From NCBI GenBank assembly GCA_951406725.2, contig OX597834.1:19530001-19594000 (forward strand): a DNA stretch of 64,000 bases. The letters are read 5' to 3'. Source of the DNA: Octopus vulgaris. Taxonomy: Eukaryota. Shown here piece by piece: positions 1 through 11,970 of the stretch (within the stretch, counting starts at the first letter, position 1; every line of letters starts with the position of its first letter). A model generated the notes under the pieces. It worked only from the letters and a program-made list of their open reading frames with translations, had not been told where the DNA came from and made no database searches. The position numbers and the translations under genes were made by a program.

Positions 1-90
1 ATTCAGTATTTTGTTTGGCGCCCTAATGATTCTGCCAGCTCATTGCCCTGTTGTAGTAGAAGTAGTAGTTGTAGAAGTAGTAGTAATAAT

Positions 91-590
91 AACAAGAGCA
101 CTCAGAAAGTGCAAACCTCCACCAAGGCAACACCAATATCCTCTCAATGATGATTTTTTAAATGAGAATATCTCAAATAAACTCGACTGCTCTCACAATA
201 ATAATAATAAGACAAAACATTTAACAGCATAGAATTAAAATATGAAACCTACATTTCTAAATTAGAAACTCTTCGCTAAGTTAAATAAAGAATCAATAAC
301 GTGTATAAACCAATAAAACCAGTGATCAATATCACCAGCACCAGCAAATGAGAATACTAAAAATGAACCTGACCACTCACAAAAATTGAGTAAAAAAACA
401 GGAAAAATAATCCGGAATCCTTGTCCAGTACTGGATCGATCTCAAAACCTAATCAGTTCCTGCCAAGCATGAAGCCAAACATCCCATAAAGTAGCATCCG
501 AATCCATCTGGTGGTTCTTGAGATATTTTGTCCATAGACAAACAAACAAACATGACTGAAAACAATACCTCTGCCTTCGCTAAGGTGGAG

Positions 591-592
<2 letters not shown>
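91..592 (-). mobile_element. Helentron-associated/DINE-1-like (HINE) non-autonomous element, copy 1, inserted in (TAA)n
   Basis: On the - strand: 5' subterminal IR-hairpin (plus-strand ACCTCTGCCTT-CGCT-AAGGTGGAG at 567-590), (GTTT)n microsatellite, matching 3' sub-TIR (plus ACCTCCACCAAGG), a terminal GCACT..AGTGC stem-loop and a CTTGTT end. Homologous to 19017-19386 and 61308-61680; this copy has about 130 bp extra near 200-345. Confidence 0.7.
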
Positions 593-639
<47 letters not shown>

Positions 640-644
640 TAATA

Positions 645-820
645 ATAATCTTTTCTGCTGTAGGCATAAGGCCTGAAATTTTGGGGAAGGTGGGACTACC
701 CGAGGGAGCTACCCCAGGCAAAGTCGACCTCGGTGGAATTTGAACTCAGGCTGTAAGGACAGATGAAATGTTGCTAAGCAATTTTCCCGGTGTGCTAACA
801 ATTCTGCCAGCTCACTGCCT
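645..820 (-). mobile_element. tRNA-derived SINE family B, degenerate copy
   Basis: Reverse complement carries GAGCTGGCAGAAT...GAGTTCAAATTCCACCGAGGTCGACTTTGCC, as in the full copy at 61919-62148. Confidence 0.7.
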
Positions 821-864
821 TAATAATAATAGTAGTAATAATATCAACAATAATAATAATAATG

Positions 865-901
<37 letters not shown>

Positions 902-1199
902 TAATAATTGTGATGATGGTGGTCATACTGTTAAAGATGATGATACTGGTGCTGGTGATATTGATCACTGGTTTTATTGGTTTATAAACGTTATCGATTC
1001 TTTATTTAACTTAACGAAGAGTTTCTAATTTAGAAATGTAGGCTTTGCATTTTAATTCTACGCTGTTAAATGTTTTGTCGTATTATTAGCATTTTATGTT
1101 AGCATCTTTACTCTGAAGTTTTACGAAATATATATATATATACACACATACATACATGTGTACATATATAAACAAGTGTGTATGTATATATTAATATAT

Positions 1200-1232
<33 letters not shown>

Positions 1233-1731
1233 CACACACATACACACACACACATATATATATATACACACGCACACACACATATATATATATATATACA
1301 CACACACATGCATACATGTATATGTTATGTTTTGTGAATTTTATTATTTATCTTTTTTTACTTTCTATAATTGAATATATGTTTGACTTAGAATTCCCCT
1401 CTTAATTTTTACCATTTCACTTCATTCTATAAAAGATTTTGTTATCTCAAAATTCATTATCACTTTACCATTTCCTCGTACTCGGAATGGCTTTTAGCTT
1501 TCAGTTGAGAACAGTCAAGTTTATGATGTTTCTCTCTTTAAGTGGCATTTTCAGTTTTTTTCTTCCATTCTTTCTTGCTTTTTGGAAAATATCACTTTGT
1601 TTTTTGTTTGTTTGTTTGTCTGTTTGTTATTTATATTTGATTTTGTTGCTTTGGCAATTTAAGACCATTTTCTCAGATTTATAATTGTTTTAAATGAGGA
1701 ATTGTTTAAATCCATTGTGTATATATGTGTG

Positions 1732-1788
<57 letters not shown>

Positions 1789-2007
1789 ATTCATTTATAT
1801 ATATACATACATACATACATACATCTAGTCATGTATATATATATATAGCATCATCATCAGCATTTAACATCCAATTTCCATGCTTACATATATATACATA
1901 TATACATACATACATACATACATACATATCCATATAAATGCATATTCATATGTGTATGTATGTATACATATATATGTATATATACATACATACATACACA
2001 TATATCC

Positions 2008-2063
<56 letters not shown>

Positions 2064-2462
2064 GTGTGTATGTGTGTGTGTGTGTATATTTATATCCAAA
2101 TATATATACATGTGCACACTCACACACACACATGTGTGTATATATGTATATTTATATTCGTTTATATACATTCATGTATACGTATATATATATATATATG
2201 TGCGTGTTTTGAGAGTTTATAAAATTAAGAATACTAAACAACCATATACAGAAGAAAAACAGAATTAAAAGCCTGGATAACAAGTTAGAAGTTGCATAAG
2301 AGTATCATCAATAATATTTTAGAAGAACTGCAAGAACAACAACAGGATGTCAGTAATAATGTAATAATAGCGAAGCTGTTTGGCTCCAGTTTCAAGCAAT
2401 GAACTCATTATTTTTATTTGTCTTTAAATAGATTTATTGATGGCGCAAAACGCAGTCATGGC

Positions 2463-2506
<44 letters not shown>

Positions 2507-2624
2507 TTAATGATAATGATAATAACAACAACAACAATAATAATAATAACAACAACAACAACAACAACAGCAACAACAATAATAACAATAACAACAACAA
2601 CAACAATAATAATAACAATAATGA

Positions 2625-3013
2625 TCCTTTCTACTAAAGGCACAAGGCATGAAATTTTGGGGAAGGGGGATAGTCCCTAAAGTGTAAGAGGTATTTGTTT
2701 CATCGACCTTGAAAGGATGAAAGGCAAAGTTGACCTCGACAGGATTTGAACTCGGAACGTAAAAATGGAGGAAATGCTGCTGAGCATTTTGCCCAGTGGG
2801 CTAACGATTCTGCCAGCTCGCTGCCTTTTTTGTAATAATTCTAAAGGCGCAAGGCATGAAATTTGGGGTGAAGGGCTAGTCAGTTACATTGACTTTCCCG
2901 CACATCCCCCTCAGTACTCAACTGCTACTCATTTTATCAATCCCGAAAGGATGAACGGCAGAGTTAACCCTGGCAAAATTTGAACTCAGGACAGGAAGAC
3001 AGACGAAATGTTG
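2625..3013 (-). mobile_element. Two adjacent degenerate SINE family B copies
   Basis: GAAAGGATGAA..GGCA.AGTT.ACC..G.....ATTTGAACTC occurs twice (about 2710-2755 and 2945-2990). Confidence 0.7.
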
Positions 3014-3850
3014 CCTCCACAAAATATTAGTCACATTTTTGACCCCTTCTACACAAAGCAGTGACATTTTTTGACCCTTTCCCATAAAATATTTGTAATT
3101 TTCACTCCTCCTCCTCCACAAAATATTAGTCATATTTTTGACTCCTTCTACACAAAATGGTGACATCTTTTGACACTCTCCCAGATAATATCTGTAATTT
3201 TCACTCCTCCTCCTCCACAAAATATTAGTCACGTTTTTGACCCCTTCTACACAAAGCAGTGACATTTTTTGACCCTTTCCCATAAAATATTTGTAATTTT
3301 CACTCCTCCTCCTCCACAAAATATTAGTGACATTTTTGACCCCTTCTACACAAAACGGTGACATCTTTTGACCCTTTCCCATATAATATTTGTAATTTTC
3401 ACTCCTCCTCCTCCACAAAATATTAGTGACATTTTTGACCCCTTCTACACAAAGCGGTGACATCTTTTGACCCTTTCCCATATAATATTTGTAATTTTCA
3501 CTCCTCCTCCTCCACAAAATATTAGTGAAATTTTTGACCCCTTCTACACAAAACGGTGACATCTTTTGACCCTCTAACCATATAATATCTGTAATTTTCA
3601 CACCTCCTCCTCCACAAAATATTAGTCACATTTTTGACCCCTTCAACACAAAGCAGTGACATCTTTTGACCCTTTCCCATAAAATATTTGTAATTTTCAC
3701 TCCTCCTCCACAAAATATTAGTGATGTTTTTGACCCTGCTTCCCTCAAAATGTTAATGACATTTTTATCCCCCCCTCCCAAAACACACAAAATTGTGAAA
3801 TATTTTGGTTTCTCTCTGACAAAATGTTAGTGAAGATTTTTTACCCCTTC
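3014..3850. repeat. 99-bp minisatellite, about 7 copies, built from three ~33-bp subunits and decaying after ~3730
   Basis: CCTCCACAAAATATTAGT recurs at 3014, 3113, 3212 and onward. The minus-strand ORF 2918-3601 shows the matching 33-aa period. Confidence 0.9.
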
Positions 3851-4090
3851 TGTATCTACAGAGTTCTTTTTCTTCTTCCCCAAGGTGTTGGATAGAGTTT
3901 AAAATGGTCTTAATTACATTAAACACATTAATATGTCTGCTTTACTTGCTCCAAAGCAGCTTTGCTTGCCTCCTGTGGGAAGCACTTCATCACATGACTT
4001 TGCTATTGCCACGCCATGAGGGAATGGCGACCTACTCATTCTTGTTAAAGGAAGAGATGGATCACAAATCACAATACACTTTGTTCACTG

Positions 4091-4394
4091 CAAGATCTGA
4101 CTATCACATAATGAGTGTGGTCCAGAATACACTTGGATGGTAGCCAGATCTCTCTCACACATGATGAAAGCTATTCTCAATAGATTTGGCTGACCGCTAG
4201 ATTTGTCCGAAACATGAAAACACTTGTTTCACAATAAACTTGGCTGATGGTTGAAATTGTCTTGTACATGATGATCATTGTTTACATTCGACTTGGGCTG
4301 AGAGCCAGATCTGTCCAACACCTGATGATTGTTGTTCGCAATTAGCTGATAGCTAGATCTAACACATGATGACAGTTGTTTACGATACACTGGG
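4091..4394. repeat. Diverged ~53-bp tandem repeat, 6 units
   Basis: Units start at about 4091, 4144, 4197, 4251, 4305 and 4353. Consensus is roughly CCAGATCTGTCCAACACATGATGACAGTTGTTCACAATACACTTGGCTGATAG. A solo partial unit lies near 5895. Confidence 0.65.
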
Positions 4395-4560
4395 TTGTGC
4401 TATTCAATGTTATCCTGAAAGAGATTAAAGGAAACAAAAGATACCCATAGCATTCAAACAGTACCTGGACAAATTGCTTCCAAGAAATACCGGACAAACC
4501 GCCAACACCTGGATACATCTCAGCCATTGACAGGTCTTTGCTTGAGTGGTTCCTGGTGTC
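4395..4560 (+). mobile_element. Degenerate CR1/L2-group LINE 3' end
   Basis: Frameshifted reading LFNVILKEIK..AFKQYLDKLL/QEIPDKPPTPGYISA resembles the C-terminal LFN.LP...FK..LD.FL..IPD.P motif of CR1-group ORF2. Confidence 0.4.
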
Positions 4561-4689
4561 TTGAAACACGGCTGAACTCTCTGGTATTCAGATTATTCTG
4601 TCAAATGTGAAGCTGGTTTATTCACATGGTTTTACCCTCCTCTTTGTTAAGCAGGCACAAGTGCTTACACACATGTAGATGCATGATGG

Positions 4690-5650
4690 AAACTGCAGCC
4701 TACCGAATTCAATCTCATGGCTTCAGAACATGTGGAAGTGGAAGACCCAGGAAGACGTGGGACGAAGACCCAGGAAGACGTGGGATGAAGACCCAGGAAG
4801 ACGTGGGATGAAGACCCAGGGAGACGTGGGATGAAGACCCAGGAAGACGTGGGATGAAGACCCAGGAAGACATGGGATGAAGACCCAGGAAGATGTGTGA
4901 TGAAGACCCAGGAAGACGTGGGATGAAAACCCCGGAAGACGTGGGATGAAGACCCAGGAAGACGTGGGATGAAGACCCATTAAGACGTGGGATGAAGACC
5001 CAGGAAGATGTGGGATGAAGACCCTGGAAGACGTGGGATGAAGACCCAGGAAGATGTGGGATGAAGACCCAGGAAAACGTGGGATGAAGACCCAAGAAGA
5101 CGTGTGATGAAGACCCAGGAAGACGTGTGATGAAGACCCAGGAAGACGTGGATGAAGACCCAGGAAGACGTGGGATGAAGACCCAGGAAGACGTGGGATG
5201 AAGACCCAGGAAGACGTGGGATGAAGACCCAGGAAGACGTGGGATGAAGACCCAGGAAGACGTGGGATGAAATACTGAAGAACGAACTCAAGATACTGAA
5301 CCTCTCTTGTTAGATAGCAAAGGACCAAGATACCTGGCACCTTGCTGTACCTAAGAAAACTCAATACTCCACAGCTGAAGTGTTAAGACTGGTTCCTCTG
5401 GTGGTGAATTGCACCCGTGGTGGTGCCATGTGAAAACATTTGTACAGTGCCACATAGAAGCTCTCGTGTTGTGCCATGTAAGACCATCCAGCACACTTTG
5501 TAAAGTGGTTGGCATTAAGAAGGGCATCCAGCCATAGAAACCAAGCCAAATCAGACTGGAGTCTGGTGCAGCTCCCCAGCTTGTCAATTCTGGTCAAACC
5601 TTCCAACCCATGGACAACAAATGTGAAATGATGATGTTGATGATGATGGT
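4690..5650 (+). mobile_element. RTE-clade LINE 3' end (ORF C-terminus, 3' UTR and (GAT)n tail), split by a minisatellite
   Basis: TCGSGRPRKTWDE precedes the array and EILKNELKILNL..AKDQDTWHLAVPKKT follows it. The 3' UTR GGCATTAAGAAGGGCATCCAGCC...CCAACCCATG ends in a TGA repeat. Confidence 0.7.
4741..5270. repeat. 23-bp minisatellite GAAGACCCAGGAAGACGTGGGAT, about 23 copies
   Basis: Near-identical head-to-tail units with no spacers. Confidence 0.95.
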
Positions 5651-6182
5651 TTGAATTTCTCATGCAAGTTCCTTGCAGCTTTGAGATTTTGATATGGGTG
5701 CTTATTTTTATAATGACATTGTAGGGCAAGTATAAGAGGTCAGATCTGGCCAGTTTGGATATAAAACAAGTCAAACATTTTAACAAGATACGGCCAATTT
5801 CAATGCTAAAGATCTCTCCAGGTGGTGCTACCAAGTTAGTCATGGCCTGGGATGATAATGGCCAAAACCAATCTAAGTTATTTAAGTTAAGATGGCTAGA
5901 TCTAACACATGATGTTATTTGTTCAGAATAAGCATACAAAACAGTTTGTTCAGGATAAGCATACAAAACACCCAGACACTTACCAAATGCGTACTAGACT
6001 GCTTTTGCCCTCCTGGATTCTTCTAAGAAAGTTCTGGTTTCTTGACTCCTTGAACATGTTCATGTCTGTAGAGTTAATCCTGAACAGACAAAATTTGCCC
6101 TTTCACACCATCAAGTCAAAGATATTTAAAAATCATGTTCAAACCCTTATTTGAAAGTCCTCCTGAATAAACCACACAGACT

Positions 6183-6492
6183 GTTTGTTTGTTTTGTTCC
6201 TTCTCGAGCCATGCCTGGCTCATAAGGGCCAGTTTCCCGGTTTCTTGGCATATAGGTTCCCCATCTGGATGGTACGCCGGTCCGTCGCAGGTGAGCTGCA
6301 AGATGCAGGAAGAAAGAGTGAGAGGAAAATTGTGGTGAAAGAGTCAGCAGAAGTTCGCCATTACCTTCTGCCGGACCCGCGTGGAACTTAGGTGTTTCGC
6401 TCATAAACATACACATCGCCCAGTCTGAGATTTGAACCGGCGATCCCTCGACCGCGAGTCCGCTGCTCTAACCACTAGGCCATGTGCCTCCA
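6183..6492 (-). mobile_element. tRNA(Arg)-like-headed SINE with a MetaSINE-like body and (AAAC)n tail
   Basis: Minus strand: GGAGGCACATGGCCTAGTGGTTAGAGC (A box), ACTCGCG anticodon-like loop, GGTTCAAATC (B box), CCTGCGACGGACCGGCGTACCATCCAG...GAAACCGGGAAACTGGCCCTTATGAGCC. The family name is from recollection, not a database search. Confidence 0.75.
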
Positions 6493-7017
6493 CACACAGT
6501 CTGTCCTCATCGATGTCCAAAACCTCTCCAATGCCATTGGCACTCATATTCTTCTCTAATCTGTATAGTTAAGACGTTCAGTTTTCAACCATATAGTTTT
6601 ATTTTCAATTCAACTGATTAGCACCTTAGGCAAGTGACTATTGCACTTTGCTGACCCAAAGCTTTGTGAATTGATTTGATAAATGGATAGTGAAAGAAGC
6701 TTGTTGTGTGTATATGTATATTGCTCATGTTGAGTGTGTGTGTGTGAGTGAGTGTGTGTGTGTGTGTGTGTTCATTAGGGTGACCTTCACGAAACAAAAA
6801 GCAGCAAGTTAAGAAGAGTCTTTACATCTATGTACCAAATGGAAAAACCAAAACTTTGTTTATCTAGACATTATAAATATGTGTCAAATAACAAAGAAGT
6901 CCATTTTGATCAAGAGGCCTAACTGTTGGAGAAAGTATAGTATCACATGGAATAAAAGCATTGAAATAAAGACTTTCTGTTGTGAAAATTGCCTGGCCAT
7001 GGTGGAGCACTCAGCTA

Positions 7018-7072
<55 letters not shown>

Positions 7073-7157
7073 AACACACATACATACATACATACACATA
7101 TATATACACACACATATACATACATATATACATATATACAAACATACACATATATAT

Positions 7158-7440
7158 ATTGTTATATTTCAGGATAGTCATTTTCTTTTATTTTCCTGCC
7201 AAATAAACACACTATATATATATTTTTCCTTCACTCATTTATTACTGTTATTATTTTATCCTATGTCCATTGTCCGGAAACTTTTCATCACTCATCTGTG
7301 ACCTCTACAGTGGCCCTTTCCATCCACGTATGTCCTCCTGCTCCACTTAATCCATTCTCTGAGAAGTGAAGGACAAATATATTGTGCGTATGTTTATTTG
7401 GCAAAAGAAAAGGAAAAATGTCCACTCTGAAATATAACAA
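7158..7440. mobile_element. Short element beside (TA)n with ~80-bp imperfect inverted arms and a degenerate hammerhead-like motif (Penelope-like remnant?)
   Basis: TTGTTATATTTCAG...TGCCAAATAAACA at 7158-7209 is inverted at 7390-7440. Minus strand 7272-7316 reads CTGTAGA-G-gtcac(agatga)gtgat-GAAA-AG-TT. Confidence 0.5.
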
Positions 7441-7507
7441 TGTTTGTTTCAACACACGGTTTCACATTAGGAATCTTACAACACAAATTCATAAACGTAT
7501 CTATACT

Positions 7508-7541
<34 letters not shown>

Positions 7542-7624
7542 TCTCTGTGTGTCAATCTGTTTTTAAGTTTTTTCAATACCTCTCTAAACAGCCTCTCACT
7601 CTGTTTCTTTATGTCTCTCTCTCT

Positions 7625-7667
7625 TTCTATCTATCTATCTATCTATCTATCACTTTATGTATGTATG

Positions 7668-7711
<44 letters not shown>

Positions 7712-7731
7712 ACTTTATGTATCTATGTATC

Positions 7732-7762
<31 letters not shown>

Positions 7763-7791
7763 CACTTTATGTATCTATGTATCTATCTATT

Positions 7792-7822
<31 letters not shown>

Positions 7823-7873
7823 CTATCACTTTATGTATCTATGTATCTATCTATTTATCTATCTATCTATCTC

Positions 7874-7952
<79 letters not shown>
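7625..7952. repeat. (TATC)n microsatellite with periodic ACTTTATGTATCTATG interruptions
   Basis: Direct reading. Confidence 0.9.
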
Positions 7953-8827
7953 CCATTCTATCTGTCTTATCTGTGTAGTAATTGTTGATTAGCTAACCTC
8001 ATAATTTATTTAAATCATTTTGACCTAAGCAAAAATGACATAACCAAACAAAAGCCAGCAATCTCTCTCCCTCCCTCCCTCTTTCCCTCTCCTTCCTTTC
8101 CTCCCCCTCTCCCTTTTCCCTTCCCTTCCTTTCCTGGCCGTAATCAGAAACGAGAGCTGTTATGTCAGATTTACTCACTACTTTATTTCTGTTTTATTTT
8201 GAAGAAACACAGTAAAAATTACTGTAATGCTTTATAGCCTTAATAGAGACTAGCTGTCATTGAAGTTTTAGAATATTCAAATTATTTATTTTGTTACAAA
8301 GATTTAATCTGACATTTTAACTGGTTTTACGAAAGGAACAAAAAAAAAAATTGCAGAGATGAAGATCCAATCAGAAATTAACAACAAACAACAACTACAA
8401 CAACAACAACAACAACAAAATACCTAAAACGCATTAATAAACAAACAAGCAAAAATAAATACGAATGAATTGATGAATAATCAAATAAATAAATCATTAA
8501 TAAATAGATAAATAATGAGGAGAAATGATGCTTTATAACACTGCTATTTGTATTGGAAATGTTCTCTATAGTTCATTTGTAGTTTTATGGTGTTGCCTTT
8601 TGATAATGTTTCTTCACAGAATCAACTTAAAAGAATGAATTTCTGTTTCTCTGGAGTTTCTTCTAAAAGACAGATTTGTTACTAAGTATTTGTAAGTACT
8701 CACACAAGATAAAGATTCCTGGCTGCCGTCAAGAATATCACTTTGAAGTTACATCGGTCTGTGTTCAATATCACACTGTAGTATCTTGGCTGACTGTCTT
8801 CTACCAGGGGTTTCAGTTTTCCTTTAA

Positions 8828-8956
8828 TATCCAGCTGTAGAAACACTGCCAGATCTAACTGGCCTGGTGCAGCCTTCGGGCTCCCCAGACCCCAGTTGAA
8901 CCGTCCAACCCATGCTAGCATGGAAAGCGGACGTTAAATGATGATGATGATGATGA
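8828..8956 (+). mobile_element. Family C retroposon 3' end (RTE-type tail, (GAT)n)
   Basis: ATCCAGCTGTAGAAAC...CCGTCCAACCCATGCTAGCATGGAAAGCGGACGTTAAATGATGATG; same family as 46080-46258. Confidence 0.75.
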
Positions 8957-8970
8957 TCTTGTGAGTGAAA

Positions 8971-9370
8971 GGCGGCGAGCTGGCAGAAACGTTAGTGCGC
9001 CAGGCGAAATGCCTAGCGGTATATCGTCTGCCGTTATGTTCTGAGTTCAAATTCAGCCGAGGTCAACTTTGCCTTTCATCCTTTCGGGGTCGATAAATTA
9101 AGTACCAGTTACGTACTGGGGTCAATATAATCGACTTAATCCGTTTGTCTGTCCTTGTTTGCCTTCTCTGTGTTTAGTCCCTTGTGGGTAGTAAAGAAAT
9201 AGGTATTTCATCTGTCTCTACATTCTGAGTTCAAATTCTGCCAAGGTCAACTTTCTTTTTATCCTTTTGGGGGTTGATAAATTAAGTACCAGATGTGTAC
9301 TGAGGTCAATCTAACTGACTGGCCCCCCTTCCCCAAAATTTCAAGCCTTGTGCTTAAAGTAGAAAAGAAT
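8971..9370 (+). mobile_element. Dimeric SINE family B element with a 15-bp target-site duplication
   Basis: Full monomer 8971-9201 is followed by a 5'-truncated monomer 9202-9370. ATCTTGTGAGTGAAA flanks both ends (8956-8970 and 9371-9385). Confidence 0.85.
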
Positions 9371-9454
9371 ATCTTGTGAGTGAAATTTAGTTACTGGAAA
9401 ATGTGCAAGAAACCATTGTATGTATATATAAATGTGTATTTACAATTCTTTCAT

Positions 9455-9665
9455 TCTTCTATTTGCTTCAGTCATTTGACAATGGCCATGCTGGCACATC
9501 ACTTTGAAGGGTTTTAGCTGAACAAATCGACCCCAGCACTTACATATATTATTTTTAAAGCCAAGTACTTATTCTTACAGTCTCTTTTGCTGAACTCCTA
9601 AGTTACAGGGATGTAAACACACCAACACCAGTTGTTGAGCAGTGACAGAGGGGCAAACACAGATG
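9455..9665 (-). mobile_element. SINE family A, 3' half
   Basis: TTCAGTCATTTGAC..TGGCCATGCTGG...CTAAGTTACAGGGATGTAAACACACCAACACC. Confidence 0.75.
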
Positions 9666-9796
9666 CACATGTATATATATATATATATATCACTGTGATC
9701 ACTGTGACCGACCAGGCTATCAGATGTTGCTACACATCACTGGTCACAATGTGCTTCGCATTGTTTTAGCCTTCAAATGACGCCATGATAGATCAT

Positions 9797-9972
9797 TAGC
9801 TCCTACATGCATTTTTTTCTCTCCTTGTTTTTTTTCTGTGTATCTTTCTGTCAAAGAGCATAGGCTCGAAACGTAAAAGACTTTTTCTATTCCTGAGCGC
9901 TATACTAATACATTTGTTTGTTTGTACTCCACCTGCCTTCGTCTTTTGCTTCTTTTCGTAAACTTTCCCTTT
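9797..9972 (+). mobile_element. (TA)n-associated short element, family H2, with hammerhead motif
   Basis: Homologous to 35906-36050 (minus) and 29978-30048 (3' end only); abuts (TA)n. Confidence 0.75.
9843..9880 (+). ncRNA. Minimal type I hammerhead ribozyme-like motif (degenerate copy)
   Basis: tcttt-CTGTCAA-A-gagc(atag)gctc-GAAA-CG-TA-aaaga. Stems I and II pair and stem III is the palindrome ACGT, but core positions 6 and 8 are non-canonical. Confidence 0.55.
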
Positions 9973-11107
9973 ATATATATATATATATATCACTGTAAGT
10001 TCTACTTAATGCTACTACTCTAAGGTAGACATCACTCAATAAAGAGTTTGTAGAGTAAGCATTTGTTGTGAGAACTAGAAAGTTCAATACCTCACAGTGA
10101 CTAGGGATCAATATGGTTTCCTCCTTGGTATCAAGAAGGATGTAAACATTGGTGATAAAAGTGATAAATCGGTGCTTTCATACAGAAATCCCATTTGGTA
10201 TTTGTTCTACCAAAGTTGCACAGGTTCACTCTTCTTGCCCTTGCCACTGCAAATGCAGTTCCTGTAATTGATTGAAGGGAATTATAGTAGCAGCAAGATT
10301 GATGATACACAGCAATAATCTTCTAATGTTTTGATGTGGGTTTTTATTTTTGGCTATTCTTAGTGCTGTAATTTTAGTTGCTAATTATTGTAGATGAATT
10401 ATTCTCTGATAACGAAACGAAATTAAATTCGGTCTTTGCAGAATTTATTTGTGTCATTGAGAATTCTTTGAGCAGGCTTCAAGAAGGTTGGTATTCCTCA
10501 ATCGTTAAGGTGTTAAAAGTTGATTAACTTGATACGAATTCATTTGTCCAGCTGAGAAATTATCACATTAACTGTGAAACTTTAGATGTTTGGAAACATT
10601 GTCAATTATTGCTTTAAGGGTTATTTAGAAAACAGAGAGCATGAGAGTCAAGAAAATTCCAAGACATGAACCGGCAGGAAATAATTACAGGCACGTGACT
10701 GCTCTGACACCAATACCTTAAATCTTATGTTGGTTGTATTGAAAATCAAAAGAAGATTTTCTCACAGACATACACAATTACAAACATATGTACGTACATA
10801 GACATATGTACGTACATAGACATATATACGCCTACATAAATATACATCTCTGTTGAAGAATTTAATGTTTGGTTATTCAATTAGGGTCAGAAATAGTTTT
10901 AAGGAAGCTTCGAAGGTGAAATAGTGAGATTGATTATGAAAAGAAATCGAACCTCATGTCTGAAATGATAAATAAATGGATCGACATTTAACTGCATAAC
11001 AGAACTGGGTGAGGTTACCAATAAAAGTAAAATACTATTTTAGAGCTTCTCTAAGAAAATAATTGTAATTAATTAATTGTTAATTACTCTGTAGCATTTT
11101 CCATTTT

Positions 11108-11406
11108 ACCACCACCATCACCATCACCACCACCACCACCATCACCACCACCACCACCACCATCACCCACAACCACCACCATCACCCACAACCACCACCA
11201 CCACCACCATCACCACCACCACCCACCACCACCACCATCACCCACAACCACCACCCACCACCACCACCATCACCCACAACCACCACCATCACCCACAACC
11301 ACCACCATCACCCACAACCACCACCATCACCCACCACCACCACCACCACACCACCACCACCACCACCCACTACCACCACTACCATCACCACCACCACCAC
11401 CACCAT
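11108..11406. repeat. (CAC/ACC)n low-complexity tract with a CACCATCACCCACAAC sub-repeat
   Basis: Direct reading. Confidence 0.9.
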
Positions 11407-11603
11407 AATTATCATTTTAGCATCCCCATTTTCATTCTTCCATGAATCAGGTGGAATTTGTTGAGGCAGATTTTCTCAGACTGGATGCTCTTCCCGTCAC
11501 CAACGCTCATTGGCTTCCAAGTAAAGTAACACTTCCCCATAGCTGGACATACTTTCATGGAGGATTAGAAATGAATATAACCATTTGTATGATGGCGATA
11601 AAT

Positions 11604-11695
11604 GCATGGCTGAGTGAGAGACTAAGGTAAAGAGCCTGGCTGAGTGAGAGACTAAGGTAAAGAGCCTGGCTGAGTGAGAGATTAAGTCAGAGAGA
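11604..11695. repeat. 30-bp tandem repeat x3 (GCCTGGCTGAGTGAGAGACTAAGGTAAAGA)
   Basis: Direct reading. Confidence 0.85.
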
Positions 11696-11789
11696 GCAGT
11701 GGTGAGAAAGTTTGTAGGGAAGATGCGTTGAATTTCATGTTATCAAATTCCTGTAAAGTAATGGGCTGGTTGAATCATCAACAAATTGG

Positions 11790-11970
11790 ACAAAATGCTT
11801 AGTGATATTTCTTCCATCTTTACATCCTTCGTTCAAATTCTGCCAAGGCTGACTTTACCCTTCATCCTTCCAACGTCGATAAAATAGGTACCAGCTGAAT
11901 ACTGAGGTTGATGCAATCGATTCAACCCCTCCCCAGAAGTTGCAAGCCTTGTGCCAAAATTTGAAACTGC
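11790..11970 (+). mobile_element. SINE family B, degenerate
   Basis: AAATGCTTAG...GTTCAAATTCTGCCAAGGCTGACTTTACCCTTCATCC...GCCTTGTGCCAAAATTTGAAAC. Confidence 0.65.

Noticed and set aside
4091-4394. CRISPR-like repeat-spacer array
   Set aside because: The variable parts align to each other, so this is a diverged tandem repeat, not repeats with unique spacers.
4741-5270. CRISPR-like array
   Set aside because: The 23-bp units are contiguous with no unique spacers, there are no cas genes, the context is eukaryotic, and the unit derives from a LINE.
6420-6492. Functional tRNA-Arg gene
   Set aside because: A and B boxes are present but the acceptor stem is not closed and the sequence continues into a SINE body; the same applies to the other tRNA-like heads.
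10000-10720. Possible Penelope RT remnant (minus-strand ILNDTNKF)
   Set aside because: Only one short motif among many stops; not supportable without a profile search.
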